Below, one piece after another: positions 10,392 to 20,700 of a DNA stretch of 64,000 bases. The DNA comes from Candidatus Xenobia bacterium (lineage in GTDB: Bacteria > Vulcanimicrobiota > Xenobia > Xenobiales > QWHO01). The notes beneath the pieces are model-generated. The model saw only the letters and a list, made by a program, of their open reading frames with translations, had not been told where the DNA came from and did no database searches. The first letter of the stretch is position 1, and each line of letters begins with the position of its first letter. Location of the stretch: contig BTUM01000028.1 in the NCBI GenBank assembly GCA_045863235.1, positions 18,117-82,116 of the forward strand. The letters run 5' to 3'. Both the position numbers and the translations under genes were made by a program.

Positions 10392-11060
10392 TCAATGCCA
10401 GCGGAAGGGGTTGAAGTCGGTGTCGCGATCGTAGACGTCCTGGTCCTCGGCCCGCTTGAGGAAGGCCACCACCTTGTAGGTGACCGGAGTCATGGCGATC
10501 TCGACCAGGCACTTGTAGAGGTATCCGGTCAGCGTGTAGCTCAGGATGCGGGCCGGCGAGAGGATGCCCCAGAAAGCGATGGTGCAAAAGAGCATCGTGT
10601 CCACCAGCTCGCCCACCAGGGTGGAGCCGATGGTCCGCTGCCACAGGTTGCGGCCCGACGCCGCCACCTTCATGCGGGCCAGCACGTACGAGTTGGCGAA
10701 CTCGCCCCAGAAGTAGCCGAGCAGCCCGGCCAGGGCGATGCGCGGGGAGACGCCCAGCACCTTGCGGAAGGCCTCCTGGCCCACGTTCTGGTTCCATTCC
10801 GGGTCGGGCGGCATGGCCACGCTCAGGGCCAGCACCAGGTTCATCACCAGCAGCCAGAAGAACCCCGTCCAGATGACCCGCCGGCTCTTTTGGTAGCCGT
10901 AGACCTCGGTCAGGATGTCGCCAAAGACGTAGCTGATGGGGAAGATGAAGGCCCCCCCGTCGAAGACCAGGCCCCCCACCTCGAAGACCTTGATGGCGGC
11001 GATGTTGCTGATCAAGAGCACGGCCACGAAGCTGGCCGTGATGAGGTCGAGGTAGCGCAT
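10392..11060 (-). CDS. yhhQ: Queuosine precursor transporter (YhhQ/DUF165 family)
   Basis: SNIAAIK, FPISYVFGDILTEVYG, RTIGSTLVGELVDT and C-terminal TDFNPF motifs. Confidence 0.9.
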   Translation of the reverse strand: MRYLDLITASFVAVLLISNIAAIKVFEVGGLVFDGGAFIFPISYVFGDILTEVYGYQKSRRVIWTGFFWLLVMNLVLALSVAMPPDPEWNQNVGQEAFRKVLGVSPRIALAGLLGYFWGEFANSYVLARMKVAASGRNLWQRTIGSTLVGELVDTMLFCTIAFWGILSPARILSYTLTGYLYKCLVEIAMTPVTYKVVAFLKRAEDQDVYDRDTDFNPFRWH

Positions 11061-11237
11061 CGGGTCGGCGATTCGGAATTGCCGGGGAGATGCCTTCAGG
11101 GGGGAAGCTGTGATTGCCAGGCCGCACTTCTATCGCAATCCACGCACTCGTGCCTCATCGCGAAGTCGCCGGGCTGAACCACCAGACCTGTCGGAGCCGG
11201 AGGAGCCACTGGCCTTCGACAGAATACGCTCCAGGCT

Positions 11238-11735
11238 GTGGACACGCGCGTTTTTCTCTGGGCCCTGGCGGGCTGGCTCATCTTTGGCCTTCTGGGGGCG
11301 CTGGCCCTGTTGGGCCAGCAGGCGCCCGCCCAGCAGCTGGCGGTGGGCTTTCTCATCCCGGGCGTGTTCGGCCTGATGGTGGGCGGCATGCTCGGCATGG
11401 TGCGCCGCCTCAAGGCGAACCAGCGCGAGCTTGGCCGCTTCCTGCTGACTGTCATCGGGGGCACAGTGGTGCTGGGCACCGTGTTCACTCAGCTTTGCCA
11501 CGCGCTCGGCTGGCCGGCCTGGGTGGCGGCCCTGGGGGCCGACCTGGGCGGTCTGGGGGGCCTGGTTCTCAGCCAGCGCCAGTTTCGCCGCCCCCTGGCT
11601 GCGGCCGAAGCGGGCCTGATGCTGACGGCCATGACCATTCTGGGCTATGACAGCTTTGGGCTCTTGATCGTGCCCATCCTGGTCATCTCGGCTGTGGCCC
11701 TCAACTACCACATCAAGAAGTCCAACAAGTGCTGA
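11238..11735 (+). CDS. Small polytopic membrane protein
   Basis: 5-6 hydrophobic segments; TACGCT 7 nt before GTG; overlaps next gene. Confidence 0.65.
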   Translation: MDTRVFLWALAGWLIFGLLGALALLGQQAPAQQLAVGFLIPGVFGLMVGGMLGMVRRLKANQRELGRFLLTVIGGTVVLGTVFTQLCHALGWPAWVAALGADLGGLGGLVLSQRQFRRPLAAAEAGLMLTAMTILGYDSFGLLIVPILVISAVALNYHIKKSNKC

Positions 11736-14700
11736 CCTGCCAGGATCCGGCCTGCCTGGGCTGGACGCTCTTGCCCACGGACTCGTTTTGCTCCTGGTGC
11801 GGCGGCAGGCTGGTCGAGCTCGAGGTGAGCTTCGAGTTCAAGCACGGCGAGGAGTGGATGGCGCTCGATCCCCCCGTGCTCAACCGCGAGCGACGGCCCG
11901 CCCTGCGGGTGCTGGTGCGCCACACGGGCGATGCGGGCTCGGCCCTGGTTCGCTCCGACGACGTGCGCTCGGAAGCTCCCTGGCTGGGTCTGGACACGCT
12001 CTCCTTGAAGCCCACCACCCTGGGCCCGGGCGAGTCGGTCAGCGTGGGCATCTCGCGCCTCAAGGTGCCGGGCAAGGAAGACTCGGTGCAGGAGGCGCGC
12101 ATACAGGTGGAGGTGCCCGGCTCGCCCGGGGTCGCCCCGCTGGCGGCCTCGCGGGTGCTCGAGTTCTCGCCCCCGCCCCAGTTCAGCCTGGATCTGGCCA
12201 CCCAGGAAGTCCTGCTTCTGCCCGACAGCCAACCGGTCATCGACGGGGTGCTGTTGCTCGTGCGCGGGCACGTCTGGCTGGAGGGGCCGCCCGAGTTCAC
12301 AGGCACCTGGGCCGACCTGGAGCTGGCCGAAACGCTCAGCTTTCCGCTCGAGCTGGACGCTCGCCGCCTGGCCCGCATTCCCATCCGCCTCAAAGTGCGC
12401 CCCGAGACAGCTCAGGATCTGCGCGAGTCGGCCAGCGCCGCGGCCGAGGGGCTGAAGCGCCGGGCCAGCCTGCGCTTGCGCTGCACCGACCGGGGCACCC
12501 GCAATCGCAGCGCCGAGGCTCTCCCCCTGGATGTGCCGCTGGAGGTCGGCTTCGTGCTTGGCCCCGAGCTCATGGTGGCCCCCTTCCCCGAGAGCCGCCG
12601 GCTCGACTACGACCTGCTGCGCCGGGTCTCGGACCATCGGCCGGTGCGCTTGCTCCTCTCCAACGGCCCGCCTCGGGCCCGGGGACGGCTCGAGCTGGTG
12701 GTCCACCAGCTCGAGATCGACGTCCCCTGGCTGAGCTGCCCCCAGGCTCCCCCTTTGCCCTGGCGCATCCCCACCGGCGAGTCGCTCGAGCTCTTGCTGC
12801 AGGTGGGCGCGGTGCAGGATGAGACGGCCACGTTGAGCTTCGTGTGCAACGATCCGCTGGCTCGCCCGTGCTATCTGCGCGTGCGCACCCGCGAGGCGGC
12901 CGAGTATCCAGGCTGGCTGGTGATCGACCTGGGCACCACCAACACCTGCGCCGCGCTGGTGGACGAGAACCGCCGCGTGGAGATGCTGGCTCTGGACGCC
13001 GAAGCCCGCCTGCTCGACGAGCAGCCCCTGGGGGCCGAGAGCGAGCCCCGAGGCCCCGAGACGATGCCCTCGGTGCTCTGCTACCTGGAGCTTGCCGCCG
13101 CCCATCGCTACCGGGCCGGCACCTGGGCCTGGGAGCAGGCCGGCCACGCCGCCGCTGCCCGGGCGGTGGTGTCGGGGGCCAAGCGGCGCCTGGGCGACAG
13201 CGAGTTCCGCTTCGAGGTGGTGCCGGTGGACGAGCCGGCCGAGACGGTGCTGCTCACCCCCGCCCAGGCCATGCGCGATCTCTACGCCCACGTGGTGGAG
13301 AAGGCGATGGAGCACCTGGCCGCCCAGGGGCGCTCCGACCTGGTGCTGCGCCGCTGCCTGATCACTCACCCCTCGCGCTTTTCCGTGCACCAGATCGAAG
13401 AGCTGAAGTCGGCCGTGCGCGAGGCCATGGAGGCCCAGCGCCAGCGCTTTGCGCCCCACTTCGAGCCCTGCGAGGAGCCGGCCACCCTGCACGAGCCGGT
13501 GGGAGCCGCTCTGCACTACCTCAACGACTGGCGAAGCCACGCTCCCCTGCACGAAGCGGCCGACCAGGACGAGCTGAGCTATCACCTGCTGGTGTTCGAC
13601 TACGGCGGCGGCACCCTGGACGTGACGTTGCTGCGCATCGTGTCACAGCGACGGCTGCGAGGCGGGGGGGGAACCGAGACACTCCAGGAGCGGCTGACGC
13701 GCCATTGCTGGGAGCGCTGCCAGGCGGTGTTGCGGCGCGAGACCGGCGTGCTGGTGGCCCTGCCCGGCGAGGACGAGGAGCTGGCCGCCGGCAACAGCTT
13801 CGTGCTGGGCCAGTTCGTGGACAGCTGCCTGCGGGCGGTCCCCTCCGGCGAGCCTCCCGACTGGAAGGCGTTGGCCCAGAGCGCCCAGGTCAACGAGAAG
13901 GTGATGCTCTGCTACCGGCTCAACGGCACGCCCCGCGAGCGAATCTTCTCGCGCGCCGAGCTGCTCTCGGGGCTCAGCGGCAAGGAGTCGGGCGAGCACG
14001 CCTACAGCTACGTGGTGACGCCCACCGTGCTGGGGGCCACCGGCCAGCGCTGGATGGGCGGCGAGGACGTGACCGCGGTGGTGCGCGAGCTACTCGTGCA
14101 GCGGCTGCTGCGGGCCGTGCGCCTGAGCGAGAGCGCCGGCAAGATCGAGCTGCCCACCGAGGACAGCAGCCTGGCTGCCCGCACCAATCGCAACTCGCTG
14201 CGGCTCTGGGCCGAGCGTTTGAAGGTGGCCCTGGCCTCGGGCGCGCCCGAGGACGAGCTGCGCACTACCTTCCAGAACCTCACCTTCGCCTTCGACGGCC
14301 AGGAGCGCATGCTGCCGGGCAGCCTGCTCTTCAAGCAGGCCGGGGCCCCCTCGCTGGACGAGGTGCAGGAGCCCATTCGTCCCCGCCTGCAAGAGACGGT
14401 GGAGGTGATCCGGCGCTTGCTCTCTTCTCATGCCCTGGAGCAGCCGGAGGTGCTGTTGCGGGTTGGCAAGGCCTCCAAGCTGCCGGTGGTGGACGAGGTG
14501 CTGCGCCAGGCCTTCCCGACCTCGCGCTACGTGACTCCCGAAGAGGCCAAGGAGTGCGTCGTCAAGGGCGCCAGCACCACCCACCTGCCCGGCCGGGTGG
14601 GCACGGGGGTGCAGATCGCTGCCGGCACGCAACGCCCCAGCGTGCGCGTGCGCCTGGCCCGCCACCAGCAGAGCCTGACGGCCACCACCAGCCGGTTGGG

Positions 14701-15079
14701 CATCAAGGTGTTCGAGGCTGGCCAGGCCTACTTTCACGAGCTGGTGGGAGCGGGCGTGGCTATCCCTCCTGAGGGCAAGACGGTCACGGTGTCGGGCCTG
14801 GTGCTGCACCCGGGCATGAACGTGCTGCCCGTGCTCGAGAACACCGGGCTGGTGGATCGCATGCTCGATGAGCTGGGCAAGTCCAATCCCGACATCCAGA
14901 GCATCCGGCAGTTCGAGATCGAGGTGCCCGAGGACATGGATCCCTTTGACCTCGAGGAGGTGGAGCTGACCTTCCGGGTTCTGCCCGACCTCTCGCTGCG
15001 CCTCAGCCTGGCCCTGGAGGGGCACGACCCCATGGAGCTCGAGCCCATCGCCGCCACCGACTATGGAAGGGGTTACTGA
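11729..15079 (+). CDS. Large Hsp70-fold protein with N-terminal Cys motif and beta-sandwich region
   Basis: IDLGTTNT, LHEPVGAA, FDYGGGTLDV, GGED and VGKASKLP motifs; N-terminal CxxxxC...CxxC. Confidence 0.85.
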   Translation: MLTCQDPACLGWTLLPTDSFCSWCGGRLVELEVSFEFKHGEEWMALDPPVLNRERRPALRVLVRHTGDAGSALVRSDDVRSEAPWLGLDTLSLKPTTLGPGESVSVGISRLKVPGKEDSVQEARIQVEVPGSPGVAPLAASRVLEFSPPPQFSLDLATQEVLLLPDSQPVIDGVLLLVRGHVWLEGPPEFTGTWADLELAETLSFPLELDARRLARIPIRLKVRPETAQDLRESASAAAEGLKRRASLRLRCTDRGTRNRSAEALPLDVPLEVGFVLGPELMVAPFPESRRLDYDLLRRVSDHRPVRLLLSNGPPRARGRLELVVHQLEIDVPWLSCPQAPPLPWRIPTGESLELLLQVGAVQDETATLSFVCNDPLARPCYLRVRTREAAEYPGWLVIDLGTTNTCAALVDENRRVEMLALDAEARLLDEQPLGAESEPRGPETMPSVLCYLELAAAHRYRAGTWAWEQAGHAAAARAVVSGAKRRLGDSEFRFEVVPVDEPAETVLLTPAQAMRDLYAHVVEKAMEHLAAQGRSDLVLRRCLITHPSRFSVHQIEELKSAVREAMEAQRQRFAPHFEPCEEPATLHEPVGAALHYLNDWRSHAPLHEAADQDELSYHLLVFDYGGGTLDVTLLRIVSQRRLRGGGGTETLQERLTRHCWERCQAVLRRETGVLVALPGEDEELAAGNSFVLGQFVDSCLRAVPSGEPPDWKALAQSAQVNEKVMLCYRLNGTPRERIFSRAELLSGLSGKESGEHAYSYVVTPTVLGATGQRWMGGEDVTAVVRELLVQRLLRAVRLSESAGKIELPTEDSSLAARTNRNSLRLWAERLKVALASGAPEDELRTTFQNLTFAFDGQERMLPGSLLFKQAGAPSLDEVQEPIRPRLQETVEVIRRLLSSHALEQPEVLLRVGKASKLPVVDEVLRQAFPTSRYVTPEEAKECVVKGASTTHLPGRVGTGVQIAAGTQRPSVRVRLARHQQSLTATTSRLGIKVFEAGQAYFHELVGAGVAIPPEGKTVTVSGLVLHPGMNVLPVLENTGLVDRMLDELGKSNPDIQSIRQFEIEVPEDMDPFDLEEVELTFRVLPDLSLRLSLALEGHDPMELEPIAATDYGRGY

Positions 15080-15080
15080 G

Positions 15081-15734
15081 ATGGACGAAGAGGTTCGTGA
15101 AGAGCTGTGGCGGATGCGTGAGGAGCTGTTCCACCTGCAAGAGGAGTTCCAGCGTGAGCTGGTGGAGCGCTTGCACGCTGAGAATCGCGCCCTGCGCGAG
15201 CGGCTGGAGGTGCTCGAGCGTCGGCTGGGAGCCGGGGAGGCGGCTCCGCCGACCGATCCCGAGCAGCGGCAGTTGTGGGACTCGGCCTGCCGCATCGAGC
15301 AAGCCACCCTGGCTCTGTTGGAGGAAGCCCCCGAATCGCTCCTGAGCCCGCTTGAGACGCTGCGCGGTGAAGCCCAGCGGGTGGCCATGGGCCAGGGGCC
15401 ACCCGAGGAGCTGCGCATGGCTTTGCTCAACCTGGTCACCCTGTTGGTGCCCGAGCTGGTGGAGCTGTGCGAGGCCGCCCGCCGTAGCGAGGATCCCGAC
15501 CTGCCCTTCTTCGCTACCCTGGATGCCCGCCTGGAGGAGCTCTCCCGGGCGGCCGGCCTGGAGGAGATCCGCCCCGGGCCCGGCAGCGCTTACGACCCTT
15601 CCGAGCAGAATGCGCTCAAAGTAGTGCGCAGCAGCGACCCCGCCCAGCGCGATCGAGTGGACCGCTGCGTCAGCCGGGGATTTCGCCACGCCGGCAAACT
15701 GCTCAAGAAGGCCGAAGTGGTGGTATATCTGTGA
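15081..15734 (+). CDS. GrpE-like nucleotide exchange factor
   Basis: Coiled coil followed by GSAYDPSEQNAL...RGFRHAGKLLKKAEVVV, resembling the GrpE head. Confidence 0.75.
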   Translation: MDEEVREELWRMREELFHLQEEFQRELVERLHAENRALRERLEVLERRLGAGEAAPPTDPEQRQLWDSACRIEQATLALLEEAPESLLSPLETLRGEAQRVAMGQGPPEELRMALLNLVTLLVPELVELCEAARRSEDPDLPFFATLDARLEELSRAAGLEEIRPGPGSAYDPSEQNALKVVRSSDPAQRDRVDRCVSRGFRHAGKLLKKAEVVVYL

Positions 15735-15804
15735 ACCTCTTTACAGGAAGGCGTCTGGCGGCAGGCGAATCCCCTTGTGAGCATTTTCATCGCCGGAGGC
15801 GCGC

Positions 15805-16434
15805 GTGAACGACGTGAACGACGTTCGAGATCAATTGTTGGCTGCAATGTATCGAAGCTTTTATGCCGATGAGGCCCGCTTTGACATCACACTCTGGTTG
15901 CGCAAGAACGACATGGGCCAGAGCGCCTTTGCGACCTCGCGCGACAAGCTCGAGCTCGACATCGGGCCGAACGGGCGCAACCTGATCGACTCCATGTCCA
16001 ACGCCAGCCTGATCGAAAAGCGCGTCGGCAGCGAGGCGGTCATCCTGCCGCTGGGGATCGACCGCTGCGAGGAGGACCAGCTCGTGGAGGCCGACATGGT
16101 GAAGACCATCCGGGATCGGCGTTTCCGGCTGCTCTCCACCATCCAGACCCTTCAGGCCCAGAGCAGCGATCAGAGCCGGGCCCAGACCGGTCGGGTGATG
16201 AACGAGACCCGGCTCAACCGCTTCGAGTGCGCGCCGGTCTTCAAGGAGTTCGAGAAGCGCGGCTGGACGGAAGCCCCCTCGGGCCAGAAGGAAGGCTGGG
16301 TGTGCATCACCTGGGAGGGGGCCCAGGCGCTCGAGCAGATGCGCGCTACCCGCCCCCCCGAGACCGACTCGGCCGCGCCCCAGACCGACTCGAGCGGGGC
16401 CACCCCGCTCTCGGCCATCAAGTTCTTCGACTGA
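15805..16434 (+). CDS. Hypothetical protein, possibly tandem winged-helix
   Basis: GGAGG RBS; wing-like ends (ILPLGI; ITWEG). Confidence 0.55.
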   Translation: MNDVNDVRDQLLAAMYRSFYADEARFDITLWLRKNDMGQSAFATSRDKLELDIGPNGRNLIDSMSNASLIEKRVGSEAVILPLGIDRCEEDQLVEADMVKTIRDRRFRLLSTIQTLQAQSSDQSRAQTGRVMNETRLNRFECAPVFKEFEKRGWTEAPSGQKEGWVCITWEGAQALEQMRATRPPETDSAAPQTDSSGATPLSAIKFFD

Positions 16435-16438
16435 GCTT

Positions 16439-17056
16439 CTACCAGTCGAACACGACTGGCTCGTGAACCGGCTGGTAGCGTAGATCGCAGATGCTGGCGT
16501 TGACATAGGTGGTGTGCTCGTCTCTGGTGACCCCGTAGCCCTCGTGGATGTGCCCGAAGAGGTGCAGGCGAGGGCGCACGATTTTCAGGCGCTCCTTGAG
16601 GTCGGCGCAGCCCACCGGGCGGCCGTCGAAGGTGCGGTCGCCGTGGCCCAGGGGAGGGCCGTGGGTGATCAAGACGTCCGTGTCCTCGGGGATTTTCGCC
16701 CACACGCGGGCCAGGGCAGGACCCCGGTCGAGGTTGAAGGCCCAGTCGCAAAAGCGCGGCTGCCAGGGGCTGCCATAGAGCTTGATCCCTTCCAGCTCCA
16801 GGGCCTCGTCCTGCAGGTAGTGGGCGGCGGTGATCAAAGCGCGGGCCGCCTCCAGCTCCCGCTCGAAGCAGAAATCGTGATTGCCCGCGATGACCACCTT
16901 GTGGCGGTGGGGAAGCTCTTGGAGCCAGCGGTTGAAGTGCCGCACGTCGGCGAGCGAGCCATGCACCGTCAGGTCGCCCGCGTGCAGCAAAAAATCTCCG
17001 TCGGGAACCTCGAAACGATGACGGCAGTGGGTATCGCTGACGAGAACCAGCCTCAC
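16439..17056 (-). CDS. Metallophosphoesterase (calcineurin-like)
   Basis: SDTH, HAGD, AGNHD, THGPP, FGHIHE; GTG overlaps upstream TGA. Confidence 0.92.
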   Translation of the reverse strand: MRLVLVSDTHCRHRFEVPDGDFLLHAGDLTVHGSLADVRHFNRWLQELPHRHKVVIAGNHDFCFERELEAARALITAAHYLQDEALELEGIKLYGSPWQPRFCDWAFNLDRGPALARVWAKIPEDTDVLITHGPPLGHGDRTFDGRPVGCADLKERLKIVRPRLHLFGHIHEGYGVTRDEHTTYVNASICDLRYQPVHEPVVFDW

Positions 17057-17634
17057 CAGCTCGCTTCGACCGCCAGCCCGATCTCGCCCAGGTCCTCGAA
17101 GGTGAGCAGGCGGGTCTTCAGTCCGGCCTTGCTGCACACCCCCAGAAAGTGGTTCATCTCCCCGGGCAGCTTCAGGCCGCGGTTGAGCCAGCGCGACAGG
17201 CCCGTGCGCTGGGCCAGCTGCTCGCGCACCGTGCGCACCCACTTGAGGGCCGGGCGAGGAGCGATGTCGGTCACCCCCAGCTCGGCCAGGATGTCGTGCA
17301 CCTGGCCGAAGTTGAGCGGCCCCAGGCCGCGCAGAGCCGGATAGCGGTCGTTGGCGGGGTCGCTCATGATCTGCCGCAAATCCTCGAGGATGGCCTGGCG
17401 CAGGTCATACGAGCAGCCCACCACCTGCAGCACCAGGACCGAGTCGTAGCCTCGCTGGGAGGCGTCACGCACCTTCCCCTGGAGGGCCTCCTCGGCCTCG
17501 GCGATCCAGGACGCCAGGGCGTCCTCGGCCATCAGCTCACGACGCCTGGCCGCGTTGCGCACCAGGTCGATCTTCTCGTGCATCAGCTGGTCTTTGGCCT
17601 TCTTGGCGCTCTTGCGCAGATCGTCCACGTCCAT
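17053..17634 (-). CDS. Hypothetical protein
   Basis: 193-aa ORF translationally coupled to the metallophosphoesterase. Confidence 0.7.
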   Translation of the reverse strand: MDVDDLRKSAKKAKDQLMHEKIDLVRNAARRRELMAEDALASWIAEAEEALQGKVRDASQRGYDSVLVLQVVGCSYDLRQAILEDLRQIMSDPANDRYPALRGLGPLNFGQVHDILAELGVTDIAPRPALKWVRTVREQLAQRTGLSRWLNRGLKLPGEMNHFLGVCSKAGLKTRLLTFEDLGEIGLAVEASW

Positions 17635-17799
17635 CAGAGCAAGCCTTTCGAGGCTTCCGGCCCGGGACCCTTGGTCGGGCGGTCGGGAATGGTTGCTGTT
17701 CCGGCCCTCAACTGGGGTTTCGGCAGGAGTTTCGCCTTCGTGAAAGACTTCAAAGAACCAGCTGGCGAGCTTTTCTCGTTCGGCCCGGACACCCTGAGA

Positions 17800-20700
17800 T
17801 CACACCAACGCAAAGACCTCTCTTCCCAGCGGCCTTGCATCCTGCAAGAGAAGGCAGCGGTGATAGCGCCCGGCCCGCTCCACCAGCCCGCTCACGATCA
17901 CCGCGCCCTCGCGCCCCACGATGGTCTTGAAGCGCTCGTAGACGGGCGGCGGCAGCACGCACTGGACCCGCTCGGTCTCGTCCTCCAGGAGCAGGAACAT
18001 CACCCCGTTGGCCGTGGGCGGGCGCTGGCGCAGCACCACCAGGCCGGCCAGGGTGATGCGGGCTTTGTCCTCGGCGCTGTGCAGGGCGGCGATGGGGGAG
18101 ATGCCCCGCTCCTGGAGCCAGGGGCGGTGGCGGGCCAGGGGATGCTCGCGGGGGCTGAAGCCCTGGGTGGAGTAGTCCCAGGTCAGGGCCAGCTCGGTCG
18201 GGAGTGGCTCCAGGGCGGGCAGCAGGGCGGGATCGACCAGCTCCACCACCAGCGGCAGCTGCTCGGGGCGCTCGGCGCGGGCGCGCAGGCGCCGGCTGCG
18301 GGCCGCGCGGGGGCCTCCGAAGGGCCCTCCCGGTTGCAGCCGGGGGGCCTCCACGAAGCGGCCCGAGGCCCGGGCCCGGAACAGGCCCACCCGCCACAGC
18401 GCCTCGCGCCGCTCGTGGCGCGCGTCGAAGGCGCCGGCCCGGGCCAGGCTCTCCCACAGGTCGACGGGCAGCTCCACCCGGGCCAGCAGCTCGTCCAGCG
18501 TGCCCGCCCGGCGGCGCACGAAGCGGGTGGCCAGCTCGGGCGAGAAGCCCGTGACCGCGGTCAGGGGCAGGCGGATGGCCGTTTTCCCCTGCCAGGGCTC
18601 CAGCGAGTAGCGCACCCCCGAGCGCCAGGCGTCCACCGGCAGGATGGGTACCCCCATGGGGCGGATCTCCTCGAGCACCGTGCTGCGCGGGAAAAAGCCC
18701 GGCAGGTGCTGCAAGAAGGCGGCCATGTAGGCGGCCGGATGGTGGCGCTTGAGGTAGGCCGAGTGGTAGACGGTGCGGGCGAAAGCAGCCGCGTGCGAAC
18801 GGCAGAAGCCGTAGCCCACGAAGGCCGAAACCTGGCGGAATACTTCCTCGGCCAGCTCGAGCGAGACGCCCTGCGTCTTGCGGGCCCCCTCCACGAAGGC
18901 TGCCCGCATCTCTTGCATGCTGCCCGGGTCGCGGAACTTGCTCATCAGGCGGCGGAACTCGTCCGCCTGATCGAGCGACATGCCCGCGAACTGGTGGGAG
19001 ATCTCCAGCACCTGCTCCTGGAACAGGATCACCCCGAAGGTGTCGGCCAGGATCGGTTCCAGGCTGGGATGGGGATAGCTCACCGGCTGGTTGCCGCAGA
19101 GCCGCTCGACGTAAGGGTTGACCATCTTGCCCTGGAGCGGCCCGGGGCGAAACAGGGCCACCTGGGCCACCAGGTCGCGGAACTTGCCCGGCTGGGTGCG
19201 CGAGATCAGGCTGACCTGGCCGGGGCTCTCGATCTGAAACAGGCTCAGCGTCTTGCCCGAGCGGATCAGCTCGAAGGTGGGCTCGTCGTCGAGGCTCAGC
19301 TCGTCTAAGGGGATCTCGGTGCCGTCGCAGGCGCGCTGCAGCTCGAGCGCCTCGGAGAGCACCGCCAGCATGCGCAGGCCCAGCACGTCGAACTTGATCA
19401 GCCCCAGCGCCTCGATGTCGTCCTTGTCGAACTGCAGCTGGCGCACCCCGCCCGAGGAGGTCTGCACGGGCGAGAAGCGGCTCAGGGGCTCGCGGGCCAG
19501 TACCACCCCGCCGCTGTGCAGGCCCAGGTGGCGTGGGCAGCCCTGCAGCTTCTCGACGAGGCGAAACAGCACCGCGATCATCGCTTCGCCCCCCAGCACG
19601 GCGGCCAGTTCGGCGCGCCGGCCGCGCAGGTCGTCGAGGTCATCCCAGTGCCCTACCAGCCGTCCGGCCCGGTCCACCTGCTCGGGGGTGTAGCCGAGCA
19701 CCTTGAGCATGTCGCGCATGGCCAGCTTGAGCCGGTAGGTGATGACATTGGCGGTCATGGCGCTGTGCTCGACCCCGAAGCGGCGCTCCATCCAGGCGAT
19801 CACCTCCTCGCGCCGTTCCGAGTCGAAGTCCACGTCGATGTCGGGCATGCCCTTGCGACCGCGGTGCAGGAAGCGCTCGAAGAGCAGGTTGTGGGCCAGC
19901 GGATCCACGGCCGTGATGCCCAGCAGGTAGGCGATGATGGAGTTGGCCGCCGAGCCTCGACCGGCGCAACGGATGCCCTGCGCGCGGGCAAAGTCGACCA
20001 CCTCGCGCACCACCAGGAAGAACTCCTCCAGCTCCAGGGCCCCCACCACCTCCAACTCGTGCTCGAGCTGGCGGCGGGCCGCCTCGCTGCGGGAGATCGC
20101 TTCGCCCTCTGTCTGTCTGGCGTAGAGCCGTTGCCAGCCCTGCAGGCAGAGCTCGCGCAGGTACTCGTCCGGCTTGCGGCCCGGGGGCAGGAGGGCGGTG
20201 GGAGGCGTGATCTCCTCGGCCAGAAGCTCCATCTGACAGCGCTCGGCCACCTCCAGGGTGTGCTCGAGGGCCTCGGGGTATGGCAGGAGCCGGGCCAGCT
20301 CGGAGGCGGGGCACAACCAGGCGCTGTCGTTCACCGGGCGCTCGCGGTGGGGATCGCCCACGCTCAGCCCCAGCCGCACGCAGGTGAGGGCGTCGTAGAC
20401 GGCATAGTCGTCGGCCTCGGCGTAGCGCACCGCGTTGCTGGCCACGGTGGGGAGGCCCAGCCGGGCGGCCAGGCGGTGCAGCCGGGCGGCCGCCTCGCCA
20501 TCGCCCGGCTGCTGGCGGTGGACCAGCTCGACGTAGAGCCGGTCGGGAAAGTGCTCGCGCAGTCGGGAGAGCCAGCGGTCGGCCTGCTCGCTCTGGCGCT
20601 GGCGCAGCAGGCGGTCGAGCTTGCCTTCGGGTCCGCCCGTCAGGCACAGCATCGAGCCCGTGCGCCCGGCCAGCTCCTCCAGGCTCAGCGAGCGGGGCTC

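Noticed and set aside
11085..11215. Cobalamin-riboswitch-like words (GGGAAG, AGACCTG, GCCACTG) on + strand
   Set aside because: Elements are in the wrong order and no B12-related gene lies downstream
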